DNA of 20,000 nucleotides from Catajapyx aquilonaris (GCA_000934665.2 KZ538347.1:61811-81810), one strand, 5' to 3'. Positions 1 to 11,612 are shown, counted from the first letter of the stretch. Notes: generated by a model from the sequence alone, not told the origin. Translations and numbers: made by a program.

Positions 1-123
1 ATAATATTAACATAAAAATAACGACAGTCTAGGAATGAACTTTCCGGGTCTTTCCTGTCTAAAATTTTCGTCCGGTCTGACCCGCGTTTGGTAGGAGAAA
101 AAAATTCCCCCTTGGATGGACCT

Positions 124-571
124 TTAATCCCGATGTCCCCCCCGGAAGACGAGTAGGTTGAGGCCAATCTGGACGTCGATAACCGGACGCAAGTAGCCCA
201 CCCTTGCCTCATCAATTACGTTGGGCTTACGACAGCCCAGCTGCGAACACGGATTTCTTTTCCTCTTTTCCCCCCCTACCATCACTTCCTTCCCAGATTT
301 TAGGGTTATGGAATAGTCCCGGAGACCGCAGCCGAGCAAAGTGTGCACTTCTCTCTCTCAATGTCACACCATCTCGTTACGGAGCTCCCCGAGTCCGCAA
401 ACGTCATTTCCTCAGATTCCCAGACTCTCCGGACCCGGGTCCGAAAGTTATCTCAAAGTCAGACTTCATTAAAGGGAGGGGGGACCCGGTGTCAGAATTA
501 TGTCTAACTCATCACTTCAGCATGAGTTGAAATTGCGACTGCATGCAGGCAGGTACGTACCTTCTTGGCAT
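124..571 (-). pseudogene. Frame-disrupted spliced gene, unknown product
   Basis: ATG in a CAACAACC-ATG context (571-569). Removing intron 504-560 gives MPRRHNSDTGSPLPLMKSDFEITFGPG, followed by shifted frames (DYSITLKSGKEV..IDEARVGYLRPVIDVQIGLNLLVF). An upstream acceptor-like tract (CTGAT..TTTTGTTACAG, about 690-663) suggests the gene may begin further 5'. Confidence 0.28.
504..560 (-). other. Spliceosomal intron (57 nt)
   Basis: Minus strand AAG|GTACGT...TGCTGAA-GTGATGAGTTAG|: consensus fungal donor, imperfect branch site, TAG acceptor and typical fungal length. Confidence 0.5.
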
Positions 572-1085
572 GGTTGTTGTTGTCCGTGTGGTTCGGCTGG
601 GGGCTCATGACAGCGCCGTTGCTGACGGCCCCCGGCTGCGCCAAAAGCTCGTCCGACCCCCGCTGTAACAAAAGGAAAAAAGAACATCAGAAGTAAAGAA
701 CGGCATCTCCCACCTAGTAGCAAAAATTCAGCATGACAAACGTCGACCCCAAATCGCCGTTTCTGTGATCCCCAACTCTGCCCCTGGTTTTTTCCAACTC
801 TCTTTTCTCTTTCCCCCTGGAGGAGAAGACAGCAACCCATTTTTCTCACCTTCACGAGGCTTCGGGGAAATCATCTCCCAGGTCCAGATTGCCCTTCTTT
901 CCCTTAGCCCACACCCGAAATTTCTACAAGCACAACCCCACAACTCGGGGCGCACTTCCGTCTGATTATCTTAATTGCGTCGTGTAATGTAAGACCGACA
1001 TCTCATTACACTTAATTCCTATCCTGTCGCACAAGCCAGACCACAAGAATGCGGTCGCAGGGGGGGGGGGGGGCCTTTGATTAAG

Positions 1086-1923
1086 ATGCAAAGGTATGGT
1101 GCTACTGGTGCTACTCTCTAAGACAGAAACCCAGTTTCCATCCATCTATCAGAGTCTATATAGCCAGGGAAGACTCCGCCTATTAATTACACGCCCAACT
1201 TGCCAAACCTGGGATAAGTGGTCGCGCCAGATGCAGCAAGGATTCATTCCCTGAAGGACGCATCTGCTCTGTTCCACACCCCCTCTCCAAGACCTGTCAC
1301 TGCTTCAACTCTCTCAATCTCCCAAACGACAATGGTGTCCCTAATACCTTCGACTTGCACTTTGATTCAAGTGAACCAAGCCAAGATCGATAAACAGGCC
1401 AGAATGATAACGGCGACATGGCTCCAATCATTTGTCACCATTCCTCCATCGAGGGTTACTAATGAGATGTGGAAGCCATGAGCGATGGCGGCTGCACCCC
1501 CGTCGCGCTCTATTTTTATACATATCGATACGTCCACCATATACAAAATGGGTCGGATATGACAAGCAATTTTACACTCAGGTTCTTTTTATGTGCTGCA
1601 ACAGCGGATACACTTTTCTATACCATAAGTCCAAAGCTCGCAACCTCAGACCTCGATGTTCAAGGACCAGCAAGTCCTCTCACATCGAATGAATATGCCG
1701 GAATGGGTAATGATACCATTTGGATTTCCCCCTCTCCACCCTTGCACACACCATACACGCCGCGGGGACGTACTCAAAAGGACTTTTCAGAGAGAGAAGA
1801 GAGGAGGGGGGGTCCACTCGATTTTCCAAGTGCCTCCACCCCCTAGTCGCATTCATCGTAAAATGGACGAGTGTTAAAAGTTTACAGGGCAGTAGAGGGA
1901 TACGTGAGTGGAGAATTGGGTGA
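1086..1923 (+). pseudogene. Frame-disrupted coding-like block, unknown product
   Basis: A chain of overlapping + strand ORFs (1218-1923) with protein-like pieces such as FNSLNLPNDNGVPNTFDLHFD, YTKWVGYDKQFYTQV and FKDQQVLSHRMNMPEWV. A possible donor AAG|GTATGG lies at 1094. No family recognised. Confidence 0.25.
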
Positions 1924-2199
1924 AGTGTCGCCCACTCTTTGGACCCATCCCCTCCCCCAGCTATCCTTTCCCACTTTGCTCACTTTTCCCCATCAGGTGT
2001 GTACATGTGGCCACTCCGTAATTGCGACTCGTAAAAAGATGATGGGCCGATGTCCTCCAGGGAAATCCCACGCAACTTTTATGCGCCCATGTCGACCTCC
2101 CCCCATTTTGAGCACCGCCATATCCCGCACTAATGTCACCAATGAATCGACAGAAAAATGGGACCAGCTATATATAATTTTTTTGTCACTTCCTGTACT

Positions 2200-3800
2200 G
2201 TAAGGAGCGGATCGACTTTCTGCATCGGTTTCCCAGAAGACTCGGGTCGTTTCTGACATTTTTTTGAGTATCTCCTATAGCAGACGAGCTCTCCCTTCTC
2301 TCCGTGCTCTTTTCCTTGCCCTTCCTTCTTTTTTGGGGGTCCTTTTCTCCCCTCCTTTTTCTTCCGTCTCTCTTTCCTCCCCCAAGCTCCAATAACGTGC
2401 GGAGCGACGCCTGTCACTCAGTCCCCACGAATTCCGTCAGGAAAATCTTCATCCTGAGACCGAGCTTTCAACCAACATCGCCCTCTTGATGGAGTCGGCC
2501 ATGAGAGAGAAAAAAAAGGGGGGTACGTGCCCAAATTGTATTGCCTGCAAGTTGTTGGTCACCCGGTTTCAACTGGTCCCCCGGTGAGAATGTGTGACCA
2601 TCTGAGAAACGGACCCAGAGAAAATTTTCCGTCCTTTTATTTCTCCCTCTTCCACCTAAAAAACGCCTCAAGGGGGTCGCATAATGGACTTTGCAACTCG
2701 TGGCATACGTTGTAAGGTAAAAGAGGGAAGACCTGAGGGGAAACTTTCTAGGTTTTCGACCACAATTACAACTCTGCGGAATTTAAATGGCCTCATCCTA
2801 TTCTCCGGATATTCTCTTTATTGGCGGGGACCATGAAAAGTTTCGCTTCCAAGGAGAAAAACTTTTTCTTGTGAGGGGAGGTGGGAGGGTAGAATTCGGC
2901 GATTGGGAATTTCTTCACGACCTTGTCAAGAGGTTCGATAAGGAATTTGAAACCGAGTTTTGTTTCGCGGCACCCGATTCGAAAATTGCCCTCCGTTGCT
3001 GACACCAGCACCTGACACGTCTCCCATAATGTTGCGGACAAGATTCGCGAATAAATGCCGATATTGGCTGCACTTTACTGTTTGGTTCAAGTCTCTAGAA
3101 CAATGAATATTCTTGTGAAGACTTTTAGTCACCTCCATGCTTGGTACGTGGCAACATAACAGGTTGGTGGACAAGAGCTGTACATTTGTACTTGGAAGTT
3201 AATGGCATTCGTCACCTCCTTAAGGGAGAGTTGGTTCCATGTTTTCCCAGGTACTTGCGCAATTGCAATGAAAGCAACGTGTTTCCAGCTGGCTGCAAGT
3301 TGCATAGACACAGCATAACATAGAGGGGCGGTTATTACTGTACGCTCTCCAGAGACTTGGGAAAAGCGAGTGTCTCTTAGCAGTGTCAACATGGGGACCT
3401 TCTCCTCCTTTCCACTGCCACCCAAGCAAACCTGTTTAACACTCCAGCCACCTCATTACCATCTCTTTTAAGGGCTGCACATGCGGATGCCCACCACCAC
3501 TGGCAGAGGTGCTGGGGGGGTCACCTTCCTCTGGGGGGCAAATTAACCCCGGGGCAGCCGCCAAACCCCCTAGTTGTCAGATCCTCGAAAGCCAGTCCCA
3601 GAGAAAGCCTGTGGAAACCTCTGGGCATCTCTCCCCCGATATTGGACTTGCAGATTGGGGGCACCGCCTTATCATTCCGAGGGCCAATAGGTTGCTGCAG
3701 GGGAGCCCAAGAAATTAAGCTAGTCGTATAGGGGAAGAGACAGCCCAAGGGCCATTTCCCAAAATTCGGTGTACTAAAGACATTTCTGTCGTTAGCATTC
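2200..3800 (-). pseudogene. Frame-disrupted gene containing a PHD finger (about 3363-3171) and a C-terminal charged (E/K/R-rich) region
   Basis: Stitched translation of 3363-3171: [F]PV[S]GE..YSNNRPSMLCCVYATCSQ/WKHVA[F]IAIAQVPGKTWNQLSLKEVTNAINF/KYKCT/SC. This fits the C4-H-C3 PHD spacing (M-x-C..C-x2-W-x-H-x2-C..Y-x-C-x2-C) if two TTC codons and one TCT codon, each one base from Cys, are read as Cys. Protein-like frames continue downstream (ORF 2793..3041 and the purine-rich 2136..2417). A possible branch/acceptor GCTAAC-GACAG lies at 3796-3786. Boundaries are approximate. Confidence 0.45.
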
Positions 3801-4699
3801 ATTCGGCGCACGCCCCATAAGATTCGGCCGCTAAGGACATCAAAGATTATGATTGCGGGCCTCGGCAGATGGCACAGAAACTAGGAATTCAATAACGGGA
3901 GAACGTAATGAGGCCGCATCCAATTTACTCATGCAATGACCGGGTAACCACGTTAGGCTCGCCGAATGTCCCTCCCCTGTCATCGCTGCGATGGCGAATT
4001 ATTGTAAACATGTGACCAAATAATGCAATTTTCTCTTTTTCCTTGAATAAATTTACTGCTGGGTGGGAAGAGGCGCTGGTTGCTATTCAAGTTGATGTCG
4101 CAACGGCTATGTCTGCTGCAATCACACATTGGGCAAGAAAACATTATTAATACGCTTAATTTTTCCCCCCATAGAATAATCGACGCAATTTTCCGCATCA
4201 TCACACCCAGATTATATAGCCTGAGAATCGTAAAGACCTGACGTAATTTCATGCCTATAGAACATGCGATTACCTGCTGACCAGCCTGAATTCCGGCCCC
4301 CATTTTAGGGCCAGCCACGTGCTCGGCCCAGCCCCATTTCCTGGGTGTGATGTCACGTTTTTGCCTACACCCATCCGCAAACCCCGCACATCCAACAGGT
4401 GCTCGCAGGCTGACACGCGAGGGACGGCAAATAATTCGCGTGAACAGAATAAATTTGGTCCTCAACCTCGAGCAATAATTAGCAGCAAGGAGAATATGGC
4501 AACAATTCGGCAAAAAAACACGATGCCAGGAATACAGTTTTCCAGAAAGGGTCGCCGACGCCTATTCAAGTCAACCTTACGCAAGTAATTTTACTTTCCC
4601 ACGTCCTCCTCCACACCCTCCTTTTGTTTGCCAAACGACCCAGCTTTCCAGCGGGGGCTATATAGGAAAAGGAGAAAAGCGGTAGGAATTAAGGCCGAG

Positions 4700-5441
4700 A
4701 TGCCACCATTATGGACCTTTGGGTGAGCGTCCCCACCACTGATCCGCCACCAAAGGAACAAAAGAGAGCGTCTCTAAACGGAAAGTAAAATTGCAATATT
4801 GAGCAGGACACGACTCACAGAATAACAGCCAAAAACAGGGCTGGAAATAACGACACTCCCGAACAATGATCAAGATTAATCATACATGTCGTGTAGATTG
4901 CCTTGTGTATACACTGCCACGGCCAATAAATCACAAATTCCGATCGTGTCCCCCTTCCAGCCGGAAAATCCATCCCGATAATTATTCTTCATTACGCATC
5001 AAAAAAAAAAAGGATGAAAAAAATTAAGGGCCTTTCCCGAATAAAAAAAACCCTCCAAATTTCCCACCGGACCTCCTAATTTCGTGTGCAAGTTCCATAA
5101 TTATCAGTCAAGTCTTCCACGCCATTTTCCGACGGCCACCGTAATCATGGAAAATGACACACACAAAAAACGAGAGGGCGAGGGTGGGGTGGTTTTGTGA
5201 GAAACGTGGAGGGGGCCACCCACCCACTTGACGACGCGAAAAGGGGAAAACAATGGTCGTCGCAGCGTCATCACCCCGGAGTCCCTGTGGTCGATCCCAG
5301 TCTTGGCGCAGTCCCCACAAAAGCCTTTCGATGGATACCCACAGCCTCTATTCACAGACACTTGAGCATCTTTTAAACGGCTCACCAAATGAGCCTGGGG
5401 GTCTTTTCGAAGGATTCAATCCTCCTTTCCAAGGGCTTTGA
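4700..5441 (+). pseudogene. Frame-disrupted gene containing a PHD finger (about 5070-5210)
   Basis: One frame, 5070-5210, reads DLLISCASSIIISQVFHAIFRRPP*SWKMTHTKNERARVGWFCEKRG. Three single-base changes (TTC>TGC at 5127, TAA>TTA at 5142, CGT>TGT at 5205) give the PHD pattern LL-x-x-C..FH-x2-C-x2-PPL..WFC-x2-C. The fourth Cys and the first Cys pair (in an A-run-rich stretch) are not readable. The same frame continues into ORF 5253..5441. The gene start is uncertain. Confidence 0.45.
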
Positions 5442-5522
5442 TGGGGATTCGGCCAAACGACAACGTTTGCAACGGGCTACAACCACCTAAAAACATTTAA
5501 TATTTGAAAGGAGGGCGCACAT

Positions 5523-5584
5523 TCGACTGTAGTTTAGTGGCTAGGAATTCGGAAAGGTCTTGGGTTCGAACTCCGACATAGCTG
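5523..5584 (+). tRNA. tRNA-like element (tRNA pseudogene, SINE head or mis-assembled tRNA) lacking the anticodon arm; isotype not assignable
   Basis: A-box TAGTTTAGTGG (5530-5540); D-stem GTTT/GAAT (5532-5535/5545-5548); variable loop AGGTC (5555-5559); T-arm TTGGG-TTCGAAC-TCCGA (5560-5576) containing the B-box GGTTCGAAC. Only 6 nt (TCGGAA) sit where about 18 nt of anticodon arm are expected. The acceptor stem TCGACTG/CATAGCT pairs poorly. Confidence 0.6.
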
Positions 5585-5701
5585 TTTAATAGTTACTATA
5601 CCGTTGTCCAATTTTGGCAACACTGCTCCCCCCACTTGGAAGTAGTACATAGGCCCATACCAGTTGGCACACTACTGCCGCTACTATACATGAACGTTGG
5701 T

Positions 5702-5852
5702 GATGAGTCACCGCGCGGACAAAGCCCACCAGGGTGCGTGTCTAGCCTCCATTGAAGTGGGTCCACCCTCCCTGACCGCCAAATGTCCTCCAATTGTTGA
5801 ACGGGGAAAGTGAAAAAAACTATGTTAACTACTACCTAGAGGCGATGAGTCA
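5702..5852. promoter_or_regulatory. Two Gcn4/CpcA (AP-1-type) TGASTCA sites
   Basis: GATGAGTCA at 5702-5710 and 5844-5852, 142 bp apart, followed by TATAAG (5862) and candidate ATGs at 5959 and 5972. Confidence 0.3.
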
Positions 5853-5971
5853 ACACGGACGTATAAGCAGACGGAGAGAATAAGGGGATTAGTAGTATGA
5901 TAATAAAAGTGGGAATTGGGTGAAAATATTCGTTCCAAACCGCCCGAGTTGGCTCACAATGGAGGTAAAAC

Positions 5972-6770
5972 ATGATTATTATCCAAGCCCTAACTCGAAC
6001 CGGCAGCCCCAGCCTCCTAAATCCACCCTTCCGAACCGACATTTTGGAAGCCACTAGTGTAACTCGATTCGCACCGACCCCTCCAGCCCTACTATCTAAT
6101 TGCCAGAAAATCTCTGCGGCAGGGGGGGGGGGGGGGGNGCTCCCTGCATCCAACCCCATCCCTTCGGGCCATACTAAAACCCAAAACCACTCCCCAAACC
6201 CGGAGAAAGTCTGCTTTCAGCTACTGGGGGAGAGAGAAGCTTCTTCCCAGACGCAAGCATCTGACGCTGCTGGGAAATAAACTTTTTTTTAAATGGGGAA
6301 AGGAACTATGTAGACTTCTGGAAGGCCTGCAAATTTGATGAGGGCTCAGTGCGCGGGGCTAATTCTTAGCCCACCCGTTTGATCCAAAAACGGGGGCTGT
6401 GTTGGCCCGGGGATTAATTTTCCTGATGAAGGATTAGTGACGGGGGTTGGGGGGCCCCGCATTAGCGCCAAATATGGCGGACAAAGCGGAAATCCGCGCG
6501 TGCGCAGGACCGGTGGCGCCCTCATGCAAAGACGCGGCCATCGTTTTCTGCTGGCAAAGATTAATGTGGCATGAAGGCCACGTCTCCTCCCCCACCGCCC
6601 GAATAAACTATTGAACTGGGCCGAGTTTCCGGAGAAGGCAGACGTGCCTGGCCCATCCTGCTGGCTTTCTCCGGGAGACAACCTTCGGCCGGATAAACTT
6701 AAACTTTGTGAATAAACTTGAAGGGGGAACGACATTCGACGCGGGGCTTAGGAAATGGGAGTACGTGAGC
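5972..6770 (+). pseudogene. Frame-disrupted coding-like block, unknown product
   Basis: Protein-like fragments in shifting frames (NYVDFWKACKFDEGSVRG; AHPAGFLRETTFGRINLNFVNKLEGGTTFDAGLRKWE), ending at a donor-like GTACGT/GTGAGC (about 6761). It contains the G16+N run. Confidence 0.22.
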
Positions 6771-7550
6771 TGTTATAATCTTTGTCTTTTGACATTCGCG
6801 CGTGGTTTGTCCGGGTCGCGACCTGATTAATAATTCGGGTACATTGCAGTCCTCCCATTACCCGGAACGTGGACCGTTCAAAAAGGTATGCTGCTGCAAT
6901 ATGTTAACCTGCGGCCGGCCATAATTTGCGTCAAAACGTGAACGGTCATTTACAATAACTAAAGGGGGATTAGGCCTCGTTTCCAGCCATAACTATCTAA
7001 TTCGATCCGCTAATGACCAGCTTGATTTCTGGCATTATAAAGCAGTCAACGTCATAAGCCCCGGCCGCAAGTCACATGACACAATTTGGTACCCGAAATC
7101 AATTTATTTAATGGAGAACATATGTCACGCCGGGCGGTCAAGTTGGCTTCATGTTCCCGCTGGCATGAACTCGCCGGACCGGGCACAAAAACCGAGCTAC
7201 AAACGACTCAATTGTCGTTTTAGATCCGACCTATACACTTGCTAACGAAGCCCGTGCAGCTATGGCCGATTGTAACCTGCGACCACCACCGCTGCAGCAA
7301 AAGTGCTGTTGCGGGGTCCCTAATTTTCCCCAAAAGTTGTTGCCAGAATGCCTTAATTTTTGCCGTTATGAGGTAGAGTTGAGAATACGCTAGCAATTTA
7401 GGTCTCGCGGGTAGTGTACCGGGCAAGAACGTCTCCCCAAAAAATACTGACTGTGAGAACAAGCCAACAATTAGGATGACATTTACTTATACGGAAAACA
7501 CAAAACAGTAAAGACCTGTTTATACGCCCTCACGAGTTGAGCCTCGGTGG

Positions 7551-8560
7551 CATGACCAGCTTTGACTCAATCTGATATTGGGCATAGCGTCTAGACCCAA
7601 AACCGCCGAAATTTATCACTATATCTGTTATCAATTTCCGACAGCTAACGAATTACGTAAACAAGTCGAACCCACATTATGCGGTAGATGTCTGCAAAAC
7701 TTCCCATGTGCAGTGGACGAAAATTGCGTCTGTACTTGTTTTTGGTCAACATTGCCCAACATGACAGCGATAACACATTAATCGGTGGGGCAGCTTTCGA
7801 GCCATTTTCGGGGGTTCTGGCTGTTGTATACATGCATACAGGCAGGTGTGAATAGGGCTGGGATCCCTGTGCAGTTTGGAAGCCCATCCCAGCAGGTATC
7901 CCCCCGCACTCCTTAATTAGGCCGACGCCCCTAATCAGGTTGAACAGTAATGAGGCAGAGGCGCCGCAACGGGCACGAGATTACGAGGAAACGCGCCGAA
8001 GATTGCCGGAGAATCGCTTAGGAGAGCATTCTATTCCCATTCCACTTCTTCCCGGACTACGACGCAAACTACGAGAAAACACACACCAAGGAAGGACTCG
8101 CCTTTACGTTGCCCAGCCAGTGGTGCAAAAAGGGCGGGGTACCAAACAAGGGTACTGGGATCGATACTCGGCCTGGTTCTAGGGGGCAGCTAACGAATTA
8201 CTAAAATCTGGGTTTTGCCAACGCCCTGACGCCACTGACCTTTCCAGAGGAGGAGAGGGGGCGGGATTCCAAATTTATACCAAAAAAAAGAGAGGGGGGA
8301 CTGCGACATGAATATGACCTGTTAATGCCTCCAAATATAGTTGCGACACCCTGTGGGACACATCAAAAGTTGCACCCCTCGGGAGGGTATTCAGGGCTCC
8401 ATCCTTACAAGACGGGAGCCCGAGTATAGAGCATTGGTAATTGAGGCTTAGCAGATCAAGAATCCCTGGAGGATTATCGGATCTCCCAAGGGATTAGAGC
8501 CGGATTCGAAGGCGGATCCCAATAGGGATGGCGGAGATTAGGCCCCATTGTCGAGCTAAG
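7551..8560 (+). pseudogene. Frame-disrupted gene of unknown function, possible N-terminal F-box-like helix
   Basis: Protein-like fragments in shifting frames: AEIYHYICYQFPTANELRK near the start (like LPxEIxxxIxxxL..EL of F-boxes, but also like forkhead helix 2) and FPFHFFPDYDANYEKTHTKEGLAFTLPSQWCKK. No confident family. Confidence 0.25.
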
Positions 8561-8713
8561 CTCCACTCTGCAAACCCCGTCGAATCACTCGCTCTCGACA
8601 TCGATTCCCCAAGACCTTTGACACTCGGGACCTCTCTTCACATCCTGCCAAAAAGAGATGTACAACTTTTTTTTCTCCTCCAGGGCCTTAGGATATAAAA
8701 AAGTGGGCGAGTT

Positions 8714-8802
8714 CTAACGTTAGTGATATGACATGCGCTCCGTATGATTCTTCGCCTTTCCTAATGCGAAATCAATGATTATTTCAGAGTGGGGAAGGTT
8801 AC
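8714..8802 (-). other. Possible intron (89 nt) within an unidentified minus-strand coding block (about 8550-9300)
   Basis: Minus strand GAG|GTAACC...ACTAAC-GTTAG|. The upstream frame reads FLGPKNISGWFKKWTRGNVEFANDQRCDFDPASIH. Branch-to-AG spacing is unusually short, and CTAACGTTAG is palindromic, so the strand is ambiguous. Confidence 0.28.
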
Positions 8803-9699
8803 CTCCCGGTCTCAATCAGTGGATGGAAGCCGGGTCGAAATCACATCGTTGGTCATTAGCAAACTCGACGTTGCCGCGTGTCCATTTCTTGAACCAGCCC
8901 GATATATTTTTTGGACCAAGAAAATTCGCCTCCCCCCCTCTTTTCAGTAGTCATCAGGGAGCTGGTTCCGGGCTGCCAAGGGCGTTCCGGATGGCCAACC
9001 AACCCTATCCAACATGGAGCTGGCCCCGGGGCCTGCCCCCTTTCTCGCGAACACTGTTGGATTCCGACTCTGGAAATCATTTCACCCCCCCTCTTCCACT
9101 CCCTCCCCAGGCTCGTTCAGGGCCGTAAACCATCGAACCTGTTCGAACATACCCGGGGGTTTCCAAAACGGCGGGGTCAATATCTCTCGTCGGGTGGTAT
9201 TAACAGCCAAAATGTCATTTGCTTTCACCCCTCGCCCATCAAAACACAAATGGCAACCATCCCATCACGCCACGCAGGAGGCATGGATAGAAAGAAAAAA
9301 AAGAAGAGACGCGCCCAATCTCTCCTGCAGTTGTAAGTTTGCAGAAGAGCAACCGTTGCAGTACAAAAACGGAGGAAAAACTGGAAGGAAAGAGAGAAGG
9401 AAAAGGAGGGGGCGTCAAAGGGAAACTGGGAGAGCAAAGCTTTTAAATACTCCCACCCGACTCAAAGGCCTTTCAAAAGGATGTGAAGAGGCCTCAGGAC
9501 CCTTCCCTTCAAAGGAATGCACCATCTTTTCCACCCCCCCTTCTCTTTCAACCACATTTTTTTCCGGCCACAAAAAAAAGGACCTGCCGTTTTCTTACAT
9601 TTTTTCTCTCATCCTTCCGGTTAGACAACCAAACATCCTCGCGCGCTCTGCAGATGCCCGTAACTTCTAGGGGTAAGAAGGATGAGACCCGTGGGCAAT

Positions 9700-11476
9700 G
9701 CCAGCTGGACTCCAGGCGATAATCCCTTCGCTTTCTAGTCAGCTTTCTAGAAAAGTCCGTCCTTTTTTTTTCTATCCTTGAAGAGGAAAAGATCATGGAG
9801 AAAAAAAGCTAGGCGAGTTATCGTTTCTTCCATAATGCAGAGGTACATGGTTTCGAGTCTGAGGCCTAGGCCCACCGCTTTAGGTAAACGGCATCTCAGA
9901 CCCCTTTCGAGGGATTTCAGGGAATTACGCTCAAATCCCTGCTGATGCCCCCACCGTTTCCTTACGTCGACGCCAAGAAGGAAAAGGAAAATCCTCCTCG
10001 GGGAAATGCTATGCACCCACCACTCTTTGATCTGGATTGTTTACTTCCCCCACCAGTTTTCAATTATAGCCAAACGCGATAAGAAAACCTCCAGCCCGGA
10101 AAATCGCAACTCACTGCAGTAATTATACCTCACGCCTGGTCCTATACACTCGACGCCAGAAATTATTATTGCACTCCACCAGTTTTCCAAAACTTCTTCT
10201 TTTTTTTCGGAGCGAAAATATAAAGTGGCGGCCACTCTATCCTGAAGTCAATTACGGAGTTCGTTAGTAACAAAGTCAACGGAGGTTACGTGTTCAAGTG
10301 CAGCATAAAACGCAAAAAGGGGGGGAGAGAGAAAACTCGTTCGACTAGAACCTGGATGGAATAGGATGAAGGAGATAAACCGTCCTCCTTTTGTGCAGAC
10401 GGGATCGTCTTTCCTCGCAAAAGGCGAGATTGATGTTGCAAGGAAAGTCAAGGTGTAAAAAGGAAAAACTGTGAATGAGGGGGGGAAACGTTTTGGAGTT
10501 TGACTGACTCGAGGGTTCCAACATTTCTCAAACTCTTATGTCGAGTTAGCTCCACTATGCCTCTTACTCGCTGAATTCACAGGTGCACATCAGGCTGGTT
10601 TTTCACGCCAAACTCGTGTAGATTTTCACATAAATCGCGTGGATATATCGAGGTTGTTAGGTTGTTCCCACCAAACCCTGGACCTACACAGACACAAAAT
10701 ATAAAACACATCTGATGGATGGATGACATCAACACCTCGGTTGACAATCAGTTCCCTAAGCAAGTTACAAATAATGGACCAAAATCCTGCAAAACCTTCC
10801 AATTTTTTCCACCGGATGTTTAGCTTGGCAGCCTGCTGCGAACCGGCCCGGATTTTGCTCGTAATTAATGAACCCCCGCCTCAACATGATAGAGGTCCCG
10901 AAGACTCTGACGGGGGGAAAAAAAAAAAACCTTGGCGTCACCTTTTGCAATCCTGCAAAGTGGTTCGCTACTCTTCCAAAAAAGAAAGTAAGTAAAAAAA
11001 AGAAAAGAAAGAGCGGAGGTGGGGGAGGTCCCCAAGCTGCTTCTTCCATCCATCGTGCCAACTCCTTGGGCTGGCAGGACCCTGAAGTCAGGGCATTACC
11101 TTTCCGATCAAAGATGGCCCGGGCCAAAAAGGCAGACACACTTCACTCCGACGTCTGCTCCGAAAGAAAAGAGAGAGAGAGAAAAAAGAGGAAGAATCCG
11201 TGGGGCCAAAGGGGATGTTACGTCTCCTCCGAAATTTCCCAAGTGGTGTCCCCTTCTCGAATTCATCACGGTTGACCCTCTCTCTACACACGCGAAAAAA
11301 AGAGCTGGGAAGGCCAATATTCAAAAGCGAGCACTTGTCATGTTAACCTGTCTGGCAATGGATGTGTTCATTTCCAGAGTTCCCGAGCTCACCCTCCCGG
11401 AACACACCGGGTTTGGGGCGGGGGAAAAAAATGGAGTGAGCAAAATGGCCGGTCCTGCGTGTCTTTTGCCACTCAT
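9700..11476 (-). pseudogene. Frame-disrupted probable F-box-like protein with a leucine-rich (RNI-like) C-terminal region
   Basis: ATG at 11476 opens a frame to SIARQVNMTSARF*ILAFPALFFACVE (TGA at 11323-11321), resembling the L-x2-TS-x2-F-x2-LA-x-P-x-LF end of fungal F-boxes. Later segments are LRR-like: SLRNVGTLESVKLQNVS, ALEHVTSVDF, ELRFSGLEVFL, SLKSLE. ORFs 10248..10451, 10041..10235 and 9747..10016 share one frame and are separated only by single stops. Confidence 0.38.
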
Positions 11477-11612
11477 TTTTAATGCATCAAGTCTGGCTGG
11501 GGGGGAAAAGCGACACCGTGAAAGCGTGATGAAGGATCCAAGCCCGAGAAAACCCTGGATATGTCACCAGTCCCTCCCTTCCCCCCCTCCACTCCCTTGC
11601 TTCGTCCTCACG

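Noticed and set aside
7570..7700. Forkhead (winged-helix) domain from AEIYHYICYQFP
   Set aside because: The WxNSIRHNLS recognition helix is absent, and an F-box-like reading fits equally well.
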